Assembly (NCBI GenBank): GCA_027031495.1
Contig: JALVQA010000020.1
Span: 1 to 60,866, forward strand
Length of the DNA stretch: 60,866 bases
Origin: Candidatus Moraniibacteriota bacterium
Lineage (GTDB): Bacteria; Patescibacteriota; Minisyncoccia; Moranbacterales; GCA-2747515
Direction of reading: 5' to 3'
The first letter of the stretch is position 1, and each line of letters opens with the position of its first letter. A program made the position numbers and the translations under genes. The notes beneath the pieces were generated by a model. The model was given only the letters and a program-made list of their open reading frames with translations, made no database searches and had not been told where the DNA came from. This document shows, one piece after another, positions 11,013 to 20,446 of this stretch.

Positions 11013-13717
11013 TTACCTTTGCGCCACGAGATGTGAGACGAGGAATGGGTATCTAGTTATTTCTTCAATGGTGAAGCCCGCATCCAATGTTTTCAGTACT
11101 ATCTCAACATTATTACTGCGCTTGGCAATAGTCATGATCATTTCCAGTGTATCGAATTGATGCAAACCACGGCGATCTATCTCGTACTTTACATTGAGTG
11201 CATTTTGCAAGGGTATTTCTTTTTCGACTATGCGTAGCAGATTATTTATACCAAATTTTTTAGCGGCAATTTCGATAACTCTACCCGCAGTCCATCTTTG
11301 TGTAACTTTACTCCAACGCACAATATCGCTGACCGAATTTTCAAGATCAAGTTCCGTAAGTGCCTTGTGAATATCAAGAGCTTTTAAGATAGGAATATCT
11401 TCGTCATTTATTTGCTCAAGCTCTTCAGGAGAGAAAGTGTTAAGAGCGTCTGATAATTGATGCCATTCTTCATACCTAGCGAGCCTCTGCGTCCATGCAA
11501 GTGAGTTTGCAAATGAAGCATCTTGATTTTTGGCCACAAGGGCAGAGCGAACGACTTTGTAGTGTTCATATTGCTGGCCAGCATTATAAAGTTGTTCTAC
11601 TTGTTTAAACGGGAGACTATGGAGTGCAAAAATAAAATCATCCACATTCTCAACACCTTTGGCTATAGTTGCAATCTGATCAATCGACAACTTGTGACCA
11701 TGTGCTTTTGTGTTGTCTCGTATGGCAATTGCCATTGGCAAAGATACGTCGCGACTTAACAAGTTTCTTGTTTCTGCAAGACCAAAGGTACTAAGGGCAT
11801 CGTCCAGCCCTGCTATGTCGTGAGAGGCAATCTCGGCAATGACAGTATTGTCCAGATCATATCCTTGTTTTTTCGTAGCTTTTCTTGCTGCGGCCACGGA
11901 GCGTAAATATAAATCTTGGTCCATGAACCACTTAACATCGTCAAGCGAATATTCGCGCAACACGTCTGTCATTCCGCGGAAATCTTTCTCTGCCAACTCT
12001 TCAACCTCCTGCAAGGAAATTTCGTAGTTGGACAGGGAAACAATGTTGCCAACTTTCATCATTCTTTCCAGTTTCTCTTGCGCTTCCCAATCTTGATCCC
12101 GCGCTTCCTGCGCTAGTTTATGTACTACTCCGAGATCATCTCGCGTTGCTCCTCGCTTTCCAGCAATAATATCAGCAAGGGCATATTCAACAATTTGTTC
12201 ATCAGACATACCAAGTCGCATCATTTTATGCGACCTTTTGATTGTTCCGAACGGCGCATAGTTTATCCAATCAACAATTCCATCGAGTGGCTCACTGTCG
12301 TGATCTCCACCGCGATGATTGATTTGGAAATGCAAATCCAATGCTTTCTGCGCCAAGTTTTTGTGCTTTTCATATCGCTCCTTAACGACTTCTTGACGCT
12401 CTTTAAGATCGGAGAGTAGCTGTTCAACGGTTCTGTTCTGAAAATAATCTAACTTTTGCCGGTATTCTGCTTCCAGGTTAGCAATCTGCGTATCAAAACG
12501 TTGCTTGAGACTGGTAAGCCGGAACTCTCGCTCTTCGTCTGACAAATCTTTTTGTTCAATTTGTTTTTGCGCTTTTTCAAATTTCTGTTCAAGACGCTCT
12601 TTCTCGTGCGCAAACCAATTTACCTGCCACTTTTGCATAAAGTCATTCTCTCGCTCAAGTAAATCTTGTCTTTCATGTTCATCGCCTTCTGTTAATATTT
12701 TTAACATTCCATATAAGCGTCTTCTTTCTTTTTCGTATTTATTCGGTCCTGATTTTCCAATAAAACGTTCAATGTTTCGTAGGTTGACACCACTTATTTT
12801 CCGTCGCATTCCGCGGAGTTGATCTTTTATATGTTCGTCACCAAGACGCGCCCACGCAACAGCTTCTTCAATACCGGAAGCATACGGAGAATGAGGAGTG
12901 CGTCCGGGATCATTGTAATCCATTGCTTCTGTAAGCCACTCTGAAGCAAGCAAGACGGCCCTATGTTCAAGGTGTTCTTCTCCTGCCTGTTTTTCTTCTT
13001 TTGTTGCACGTTGTTCAATAAATTTCCGCGCTTCACCGTATAATTTACGCAAAAATGGATATCCGTATCCAATACTTCCATTAGGTCCGGGTTCGATGCC
13101 AGAATGGTACCCTTTCAAGAGCACCATATGCTCGGTGCTTAAATCTTCATCCTTGCATTTTCTTTTTGCGATTTTATACACACCCATTTCCGGTGTTCCG
13201 ATCATGGACGCAAAAAGTATATCTCGAAATAAGCCGCTACGAATTGTTTCTGGTGTCACATTACTTGCGTCAATCGGCTTCTCTTTTGTTACTTCCACAT
13301 ATTCGCCCCTTTGTTGGCTCCATTCTTCTGTTGTATATCGGCGGACAGCTTTACCCTGAATCAGTTTTTGATAAAAATTGAGCCGATCAACTAGATACTT
13401 TTTGCACCTTCGGTGTGAGCAGCTTCATTGAGAGCCTGTATGGCCTCCACTACATTCATCCGGCGCAAAAGCTCCAAGCGCTCAATGTCGTCTTTAGTAT
13501 TTTTGAAATTCTCTATCTTTTCCTTATCAATGCTGATTTTTTCACATCCAAGGTAGGAAACTAGCCTCTCAAAACGAGTAGCTCCCAGCCACTCCACATG
13601 ACCTTCAACTTCGATAGCTTTGCACCGCTCGCTTGAAGATTTATTACCCTCATCATTGCATTCCTGCATAATATGCTCTCGTGAGTTCATTGATTGTTCA
13701 AATCTTCTTTTGCTCAT
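11013..13717 (-). CDS. Large hypothetical protein (~901 aa) with coiled-coil centre and C-terminal ~55-aa helical repeats
   Basis: Track ORFs 13391-13717 and 11013-13298 become one open frame (…GAKKYLVDRLNFYQKLIQGK…EYVEVTKE…) if one base is added to the run at 13399-13403. Confidence 0.75.
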
Positions 13718-13747
13718 ATGCTCATAATGTTCATTATTTTCTTATCC

Positions 13748-13965
13748 TTATTTTAGCGAAAAGAGAGTAAAAGGCAACTCTTTGTTCTTTGTTTTATTAA
13801 ATCATCAACGCCAACATTCAACGTATTTGCGATTTTTCGCAAAGTATCAATGATTGGGTTGTCATGTGTGCCAGTTTCAATATTAAAAATGGTATTATTT
13901 GAAACATCCACCAACCAAGCCAGCTTTTTTGCAAACGTTTTACAGTTTTCGCCAGCGCTTCTTTA
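13748..13965 (-). pseudogene. Decayed XRE-family (HTH_3) transcriptional regulator
   Basis: Minus-strand translation gives EALAKTVKRL, then a frame change, then KLAWLVDVSNNTIFNIETGTHDNPIIDTLRKIANTLNVGVDDLIK. This is a typical Cro/C1 HTH lacking the usual GLSQ segment and a start codon. Confidence 0.7.
13750..13777 (-). promoter_or_regulatory. Candidate sigma70 promoter of the island operon
   Basis: TTGCCT-16 nt-TAAAAT ending ~32 nt upstream of ATG 13717. Confidence 0.45.
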
Positions 13966-14078
13966 AAAAACAATGAAATTCCACCGAAAAATCGGTCGAA
14001 GCCAGAAAGTAAACAGGCAAAAAGAAAGAAAAATTAAAAAAGAAAGAGATGTGCCAAAAAAATGAATGGAAAATTTTC

Positions 14079-14183
14079 TGCTTTGCTCGCCGTAAGGCGG
14101 ACGTCGTCGCTGGATGGGTTTTGCACCTGTCAGGGCGCGGATTGTCGCTCAAAGAGAATTCGAGCAGCGTTCAGTAATTGCGA
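14079..14183 (-). repeat. 105-bp repeat, copy B (inverted relative to 4326-4430)
   Basis: Hand alignment as for copy A; lies ~105 nt from the 3' end of tRNA-Pro. Confidence 0.9.
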
Positions 14184-14288
14184 TTATACGATACTTTCAG
14201 AGTTTTTGGGCGAGTCTGTTTACTCATTCGCCGCGCCATCGATGCGGAGCGAGCATCCTTCTCATCTCAAAAATCAAAAAATCCATTA

Positions 14289-14364
14289 TGGTCGGAGCAT
14301 CGGGATTCGAACCCGATCTAAATGGTCCCAAACCATTCGTGCTAGCCGTTGACACTATGCTCCG
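14289..14364 (-). tRNA. tRNA-Pro(TGG)
   Basis: CGGAGCA/TGCTCCG acceptor stem, anticodon loop ttTGGga, GGTTCGAATCC T-arm, encoded CCA. Confidence 0.95.
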
Positions 14365-14438
14365 TAACAAAATCCCGCAAAGCAGGATTTTGTTGCTATC
14401 TTTTTGTTTTTAACAGATAGGATAGACTACCTGCACTC

Positions 14439-14720
14439 TTATTTTACAGCATCTTTAAGAGCTTTACCAGCCGTAAACTTCGGCACGGTCATTGCAGGAA
14501 TGTTGATCTTCTCACCCGTCTTAGGATTTACACCCTGACGTGCTGCACGTGCAGATGTCTTAAATGCACCAAAGCCAGTGATTGTCACTTTATTGCCGCT
14601 TTGAAGTTGTGTTGTTACAACATCAACAAATGCATCAACTGCTGCCTCAGCGTCTTTTTTGGAAAGACCTGTTTTTTCTGCAATTGCTGCAACAAGGTCC
14701 GCTTTTGTTACATTTTTCAT
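14439..14720 (-). CDS. hup: DNA-binding protein HU
   Basis: TKADLV…ITGFGAF…ARQGVNPKTGEKINIPA.TVPKFTAGKALKDAV. Start trimmed to MKNVTK. Confidence 0.95.
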   Translation of the reverse strand: MKNVTKADLVAAIAEKTGLSKKDAEAAVDAFVDVVTTQLQSGNKVTITGFGAFKTSARAARQGVNPKTGEKINIPAMTVPKFTAGKALKDAVK

Positions 14721-14876
14721 AATGTCACAATCCTCTCTAGTTATTATTTTATTTATATCCCCTACAGAGTATAGTCTATACGTTTTTTGCTTTATATGCA
14801 AGTGTTTATGTACTTATATCAGTATATTTTCTATCATACACACAAAAAGCACTGCACACCACAACTCAAAGCTCAT

Positions 14877-16397
14877 TTATTTTGCATATTCTACACTGCG
14901 CTTTTCACGCACGACATTTACTTTAATTTCACCAGGATACGTCAAATCAGACTCAATCTGTCGCGCAACATCATGCGCTAACTTCATCGCACCAAGGTCA
15001 TCAACCTCATCCGGACGTACAAAGATACGCACTTCACGCCCCGCCTGGATTGCAAAACATTTATCAACATTCTCAAAAGAATTCACCAACTCTTCCAACT
15101 CTTCCATGCGCTTGATGTAATTTTCAACCGTATCTTTACGCGCACCTGGTCGCGCTGCACTGATTGCGTCCGCCGCTGTCACAAGATATGCTTCTGCTGA
15201 TGCATATGGATACTCTTCGTGGTGCGATTTCATAGCATCAATGACCTTTTCGTTTATGCCAAATTTTGTAAGAATTTTAATGCCAATATTCACATGTGTG
15301 CCCTGCACTTCATGAGAGAGCGCCTTGCCAATATCATGTAGGAGTCCCGCCATGCGCGCCACTTTCACATCAAGACCCATCTCTTGTGCAAGTGCGCCGG
15401 CAATATATGACACCTCCAAGGAGTGCAAGAGTACATTCTGCTTGTAACTTGTGCGATAACGTAATCGTCCAAGAATGTAAAGAAGCTTCGGATCAAGCCC
15501 ATGAACACCAGCCTCATAAGCAGCTGCCTCACCCGCTTCACGAATACGACTATCAATCTCCTCCTCAGCTTCAGCAAAAACTTCTTCAATCTTCGCAGGA
15601 TGAATACGTCCATCCTCAATCAATCGCTCAAGACATACGCGCGCCGTCTCCCGCCGAATGGGATCAAAAGCACTTAAAACAACACTGTTCGGTGTATCAT
15701 CAATAACCACTTCCACACCGGTTAACTGCTCAAAAACGCGAATGTTGCGCCCTTCTTTGCCAATAATTTTCCCCTTAATCTCTTCTGACGGTATTGTAAC
15801 CGTCGACGTTAACGCCTCAGCAGCATGTGAGCGCGAGTATTTTTGGATCACTTGTGCCATGAGCGCATTTGCTTTCTCACGCAAAACATCTTCCTCTTCC
15901 CTTATGACTTTTGCGATGCGCTCGGCATACTCATCACGGTATTGCTCTTCCGTTAACTGCATCAATACCGTCTTTGCCTGCTCCTGCGAAAGACCGGCAA
16001 TCTTTTCCAGGCGTGCCGTCGCTTCTTTGCGCGCTGCTTCTACTTTTTCTTTCGCTGTACGCACTTTATCAGCCGCTTGTTTGACAGCTTCACGCTCACG
16101 ATCAACTTCCTCCATACGCCGATCAAGAATACTCTCGCGCTTTTCTAAACGCTTCTGCATATCGCGCAACTGTGCCTCCTCATCACGCACTTCCTTCTGT
16201 GCTTCTTCGATAATTTTTAGCGCTTTATCTTTTGCGGCAATCTCACTTTCTTTTGCCTTTTTGCGCGCATTGTCAAGAATTTTTTGCGCCTTTGCCTCGG
16301 CTGTATTTACTGCATTTCTTGCAGTCATATAGCGCACACCATACCCAACACCAACGCCAATAACAAGCGCTACTGCTGTTATAATTTCCTGTCCCAT
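14877..16397 (-). CDS. rny: Ribonuclease Y
   Basis: N-terminal TM and coiled coil, KH domain (KGKIIGKEGRNIR), HD domain (LLHDIGK). Confidence 0.96.
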   Translation of the reverse strand: MGQEIITAVALVIGVGVGYGVRYMTARNAVNTAEAKAQKILDNARKKAKESEIAAKDKALKIIEEAQKEVRDEEAQLRDMQKRLEKRESILDRRMEEVDREREAVKQAADKVRTAKEKVEAARKEATARLEKIAGLSQEQAKTVLMQLTEEQYRDEYAERIAKVIREEEDVLREKANALMAQVIQKYSRSHAAEALTSTVTIPSEEIKGKIIGKEGRNIRVFEQLTGVEVVIDDTPNSVVLSAFDPIRRETARVCLERLIEDGRIHPAKIEEVFAEAEEEIDSRIREAGEAAAYEAGVHGLDPKLLYILGRLRYRTSYKQNVLLHSLEVSYIAGALAQEMGLDVKVARMAGLLHDIGKALSHEVQGTHVNIGIKILTKFGINEKVIDAMKSHHEEYPYASAEAYLVTAADAISAARPGARKDTVENYIKRMEELEELVNSFENVDKCFAIQAGREVRIFVRPDEVDDLGAMKLAHDVARQIESDLTYPGEIKVNVVREKRSVEYAK

Positions 16398-16408
16398 AGT
16401 TTTAAATA

Positions 16409-16556
16409 AACTGCCTCTGGCTGCTCAGACGCACACACACCGCTTTTTACGGCGTGAAGCATAACGATAGGATAGTGTTATATACCATAATCATAGAAAA
16501 AATACATGTATCTCGTACCAGCATCCAAACAGACATAGACAGAAATCAGCAACTTA
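16409..16556 (-). ncRNA. ssrS: Probable 6S RNA
   Basis: Rod-like fold: ctgtttggatgc pairs with gcgtctgagcag (12 bp with GU), plus an outer stem, central bubble and terminal loop. Own promoter and position directly upstream of rny. Confidence 0.55.
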
Positions 16557-16565
16557 CTCTCCTCT

Positions 16566-16594
16566 AGAGTACTATGTACGCATTCTTTTGTCAA
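16566..16594 (-). promoter_or_regulatory. sigma70 promoter for 6S/rny
   Basis: TTGACA-17 nt-TACTCT. Confidence 0.6.
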
Positions 16595-16660
16595 AGACAC
16601 TGAATCTCCACAAGCAAGCCGTAAAACTTTGATGCGACATCAGCATTTTGCTACAAGAAG

Positions 16661-17347
16661 CTATTTTTCGGGGGAATGATCTTTAGCGGCATCACGCGAA
16701 AGACGTGCGCGAATTGATTCGTAAAGTGCCTCTTTATCACGTGGCAGTTGCGCTTTCTTACCGTTGACAAATAATGTCGGCGTACCGGAAAGACCAAGCA
16801 TGCGAGCATCATCACTATCACGATCTACACGCTCTTTTACCGCCGCACTTTTGTAGTCGACAAGAAACTGCTCCCTGTTCATTCCAAGACTCTCGGCATA
16901 GTCAGCAAAGAGCGTTTCCACATCGACACGCTCATGCCATTCATCCTGTTTTTCAAAGAGAAGATTGTGCATTTCCTCAAAATGTCCCTGCTTAGCAGCT
17001 GCCTCTGCCGCACGTGCCGCCGACACTGCATTGCGATGAATAAGCGCCAACGGAAAATGACGGTAAATAAAGACGACGCCTTCCGGAAATTCTTTCTCAA
17101 TGTCTTTAAAGTACTCATAAGCACGCGCACACGCCGGGCACTGGAAGTCACTGTACTCAATAAGAACCACTTTTGCATTGTTGGGATCACCTTTTATATG
17201 ATCATCATTGTGGATTGTAAAAACATCCGCCATACGTTGTTGCATCTGTGCGGCACTCTTCTTTCGGTCTACATAAACGAGGCCAACAATAATGGCAATA
17301 ATTGTAACAGCAGCAAGTATCCACAAGAGAGATTGACGCATATTCAT
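16661..17347 (-). CDS. DsbA-family thioredoxin-fold protein, membrane anchored
   Basis: EYSDFQCPAC, YRHFPL, GTPTLFVNG and an N-terminal TM. Start uncertain. Confidence 0.9.
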   Translation of the reverse strand: MNMRQSLLWILAAVTIIAIIVGLVYVDRKKSAAQMQQRMADVFTIHNDDHIKGDPNNAKVVLIEYSDFQCPACARAYEYFKDIEKEFPEGVVFIYRHFPLALIHRNAVSAARAAEAAAKQGHFEEMHNLLFEKQDEWHERVDVETLFADYAESLGMNREQFLVDYKSAAVKERVDRDSDDARMLGLSGTPTLFVNGKKAQLPRDKEALYESIRARLSRDAAKDHSPEK

Positions 17348-17460
17348 AGAAACATGTTTTAATTGTAACTTCATTTTATTTAGTATAGAGGCATAATGCC
17401 CTTTGCACAAGATATCTATATTTTCACAAAACAGCACGTGAACTATCTTGCTTAGAATTC

Positions 17461-18912
17461 TCACAACTTCCCCAAATCCAGCTCATCGTCAATGCGGATG
17501 CGTGCAACAAAGTCGTCAACGTGGGAGACGAGAATCATCGCGCCTTCGTAAACGTCAAGTGCTTGTGCAATGAGTGGGATGTGACGGAAGTTGATGTGAT
17601 TGGTCGGTTCGTCCAGCATGAGCACGCCCGGCTCCATGAGCACAAGCTGCGCAAACGCCACAAGACCTTTCTGCCCCTCACTCAGAACGCCGACCTTTTG
17701 TGGCATAAGTTTGCCGCCAATGAGGAAGCCGGCCGCCACAGAGCGCATGCGCTCCTCATCACGTTCTTGCATCACCTCAATCAGTGTGTCAAACACTGTC
17801 GCATCAAAATCCAGCGTGGAGAAGTCCTGGCGATAGTACCCCAGGCGCACACCGGGTGCAATTGTCTCCCCTGCCGCGTGTCCGGACGCCAGCGACTCCA
17901 GCAGCGTTGTCTTGCCAATGCCGTTGGGCCCAATGAGTCGCAGGTGTTGTTTTTTGCGCAGCGCAATGTCTACATCTTTTGCAACCGGCATACCATCCCT
18001 CATAATATGCACTTTTTTGATCGTAATAAGATCACCATTGATATCCGGTTGTGCGGGAATTGTAAAAGGACGGATTGCAACATCTTCTTTGCGCACGTCT
18101 ACTTTTGACGCTTCCATCTGTGCTACCTCGTCACGCAACTTCTTGGCAAGGAGACGCATCTTACCACCCTTATTAGCAAAATAATTGATTTTTTCCTTAT
18201 TTTCTCTAATTTTTTTCTCAAATTGTGCGTTTTTGCGCCGCTCTTTCTCAATGCGCGCCTTAATCTCTTTAACAACACTATAATAATCACCAACATACTG
18301 TTCAATCGTATGCGTATACACATCCAAGTACAACACACCATCCGTAAAAGTATTGAGAAAATCAGCATCGTGAGAGATAACAATAACAGTTTTCTCGTAC
18401 ATCATAAGAAACGTCATGAGATGCCTGATACCCTCAGCATCAAGATTATTAGTCGGCTCATCGAGCAAAAGGATGTCAGGCTCTTGTATAAGTGCACTTG
18501 CTAAAAGAAGACGCGCTTGCTGTCCACCGGAAAGTGATTTTACGACCTTGTCCGTTGGAATGGAAAGATTAACAATACGCAAGTATTGCGCAATCTTACG
18601 GTCGCGTTCATACGTTTCGCCATGAAAAAACTGCGCAAGAAAATCATGTACACTCAATGAGAGATACTCTCGTGGCACAACTTGCTGCGCACGCGCAATT
18701 GTTAAGCCATCACCAATGATAACACGACCCATTTGCGGTTTTAATGTACCATCAATAATAGCAAAGAGCGTGCTCTTACCTGCACCATTTTGTCCCATAA
18801 GAGCAACTTTCGCACCTTGACGCACAGCAAAAGACGCACCATCCAATATGATCTTTCCGTTATCATACTGAAAACTAACATCTTTGAAGCGAACCGCAAG
18901 ATCACTAGCCAT
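17461..18912 (-). CDS. ABC-F family ATPase
   Basis: Two ABC cassettes (GQNGAGKS/LSGGQ/LLDEPTN and GPNGIGKT/LSEGQ/MLDEPTN), charged linker, no TM. Confidence 0.92.
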   Translation of the reverse strand: MASDLAVRFKDVSFQYDNGKIILDGASFAVRQGAKVALMGQNGAGKSTLFAIIDGTLKPQMGRVIIGDGLTIARAQQVVPREYLSLSVHDFLAQFFHGETYERDRKIAQYLRIVNLSIPTDKVVKSLSGGQQARLLLASALIQEPDILLLDEPTNNLDAEGIRHLMTFLMMYEKTVIVISHDADFLNTFTDGVLYLDVYTHTIEQYVGDYYSVVKEIKARIEKERRKNAQFEKKIRENKEKINYFANKGGKMRLLAKKLRDEVAQMEASKVDVRKEDVAIRPFTIPAQPDINGDLITIKKVHIMRDGMPVAKDVDIALRKKQHLRLIGPNGIGKTTLLESLASGHAAGETIAPGVRLGYYRQDFSTLDFDATVFDTLIEVMQERDEERMRSVAAGFLIGGKLMPQKVGVLSEGQKGLVAFAQLVLMEPGVLMLDEPTNHINFRHIPLIAQALDVYEGAMILVSHVDDFVARIRIDDELDLGKL

Positions 18913-18994
18913 ATTTTCACAAGAAACAAATTTTAACACCAAGCAATAGCAGGTAATATACAGATATTATCACACCTGTATAAACGATACAATA

Positions 18995-20446
18995 CTACGG
19001 GTTGACAAATATTGCATCATTTTGCTTCTCCTCAAGATTTGCAAAATCATCTTCGCCAATATGCAATTGATCGAGAACCCAAATATGACGTGCATTTGTA
19101 GGATCATATTTGCCGACCATAAAGCGGCGCACTTCCGGATCATTGCGCTTTACAAGGTACCATATACCAATGTTATTGTCCCTGTAAAAGAGATCTTTTG
19201 TAAAACACGCGCCAGGCGTTGCGCCTGTTGTACCACGAAATGTACGCATACACATATTCCATGCTCTATTCTGGGCGGTGGCATAATCTTCACCTTCCAT
19301 GAGAAAATAGTCTGTCATTATTGTAAATACATAACGAAAATCGCGCTTTTTACCATCCATGCCTAAGGCAAGTGAAATTGCAAGGTACGTATTAAAACCA
19401 GCAAAGTCGTGCATACCCTGCACTTTTTGTTGCTCATACATTGCAATACCTTCATCATCTTTGTAGCGATCCAGACCAATTGAAAGTATTTTAAGTACAC
19501 TGTGCGCGCCATTTTCTTTACGGCGCACATGCACACCAATCTCATGCGCTATAAGTCCTTGCAGTGTACGCAATGACTCTTTCCGCCGACCTTTTGGCAC
19601 GAGAACCTTACCATCGCTAATACTAATTGCAGTGCGCGTATCGTCAATAACAACGTCCCACCCCTCAATACCGTACGTTTTTAATGCTTCCGTAAACGTC
19701 GCAACAATTTCTTGATCTGTATATTCGCGATCATCATTGTATACTTCCATCTCACTCACTGATGGAATTTGGAATTTTTCATCTTTGTGCCGTAGCAAAA
19801 ACACGTTTGCTTCCACTGGACCTACACGCTTCCTTTTCTGTGGAAGAAGAGTAATATCATCCGCCAGCGAAAGATAATCTTTAAATTCATCACGCAATCT
19901 CCTCGCAGCTTCTTGTGCGATAATATTGTCATCATTGCGCATTGCTCTCTCAGTATCTACCAAGAGCTTTGCCAGCGTATAGTTAAATGTTTCCCGCTCC
20001 GGTCGTCCGTACACAAATGTGGAGTAGCGCACAAATTTCTTATCATCACCATTTTTAGCCGCTTGCAGCATTCTATTCTCTGCAATTTTCTCATTTACTT
20101 TCCATAAATACACTTTCCTAAGAACATCATTTTTTTCTTTTTTAATTTTTTCCTTAAGAGCAAGATACTGTTTTTCCACCGCTTGCGCATCAAAATCCTT
20201 CAGCCGTGGGTACGTCAGTTCTGGATTACGTACTACACCGGAAAGAAATGCATGCTTTGCCTTCTCACGCACACCTGCCTTCAAGAGCTTACCCTCTTGA
20301 AGAGTATCTTCGTCAAGACGATACTCACGCGTACCTACAAAGTAATTATATGCACTCAGTTGTTTTATTGACGAAAGATCACCGAACAATTCTTCATCAA
20401 GTGGCTTTTTTTGTTCATGTTGTAAACATCCTTCAAATTGATTCAT
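18995..20446 (-). CDS. DUF1704/MATCAP-family zinc peptidase (Tyr/Phe carboxypeptidase-like)
   Basis: AHEIGVH (HExxH) followed ~25 aa later by DEGIA, and C-terminal FTKDLFY..RFMVGK. Confidence 0.8.
   Translation of the reverse strand: MNQFEGCLQHEQKKPLDEELFGDLSSIKQLSAYNYFVGTREYRLDEDTLQEGKLLKAGVREKAKHAFLSGVVRNPELTYPRLKDFDAQAVEKQYLALKEKIKKEKNDVLRKVYLWKVNEKIAENRMLQAAKNGDDKKFVRYSTFVYGRPERETFNYTLAKLLVDTERAMRNDDNIIAQEAARRLRDEFKDYLSLADDITLLPQKRKRVGPVEANVFLLRHKDEKFQIPSVSEMEVYNDDREYTDQEIVATFTEALKTYGIEGWDVVIDDTRTAISISDGKVLVPKGRRKESLRTLQGLIAHEIGVHVRRKENGAHSVLKILSIGLDRYKDDEGIAMYEQQKVQGMHDFAGFNTYLAISLALGMDGKKRDFRYVFTIMTDYFLMEGEDYATAQNRAWNMCMRTFRGTTGATPGACFTKDLFYRDNNIGIWYLVKRNDPEVRRFMVGKYDPTNARHIWVLDQLHIGEDDFANLEEKQNDAIFVNP

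Larger units (their letters stand above)
4326..14183. mobile_element. Putative genomic island beside tRNA-Pro (no integrase seen)
   Basis: tRNA-adjacent, bounded by an inverted repeat, unfamiliar co-oriented cargo, HTH remnant, somewhat lower GC (spot-counted 60-mers 32-42%). Confidence 0.6.

Noticed and set aside
1201-13717. Stop-codon recoding (code 4/25) as the cause of broken ORFs
   Set aside because: The breaks need frame changes, not read-through, and core genes are full length under code 11.
4326-14183. Repeat pair as DGR template/variable repeats
   Set aside because: DGR changes are confined to template adenines on one strand and go to any base. Here half the changes are at pyrimidines, all are transitions, and no reverse transcriptase is present.
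4254-14364. Integrase-mediated element with attL/attR
   Set aside because: No tyrosine or serine recombinase ORF, and no copy of the tRNA-Pro 3' end at the dnaG side; only the inverted repeat was found.
14366-14394. Hairpin directly 5' of tRNA-Pro as a novel RNA
   Set aside because: Simple 10-bp stem after HU; better explained as a terminator or processing signal.
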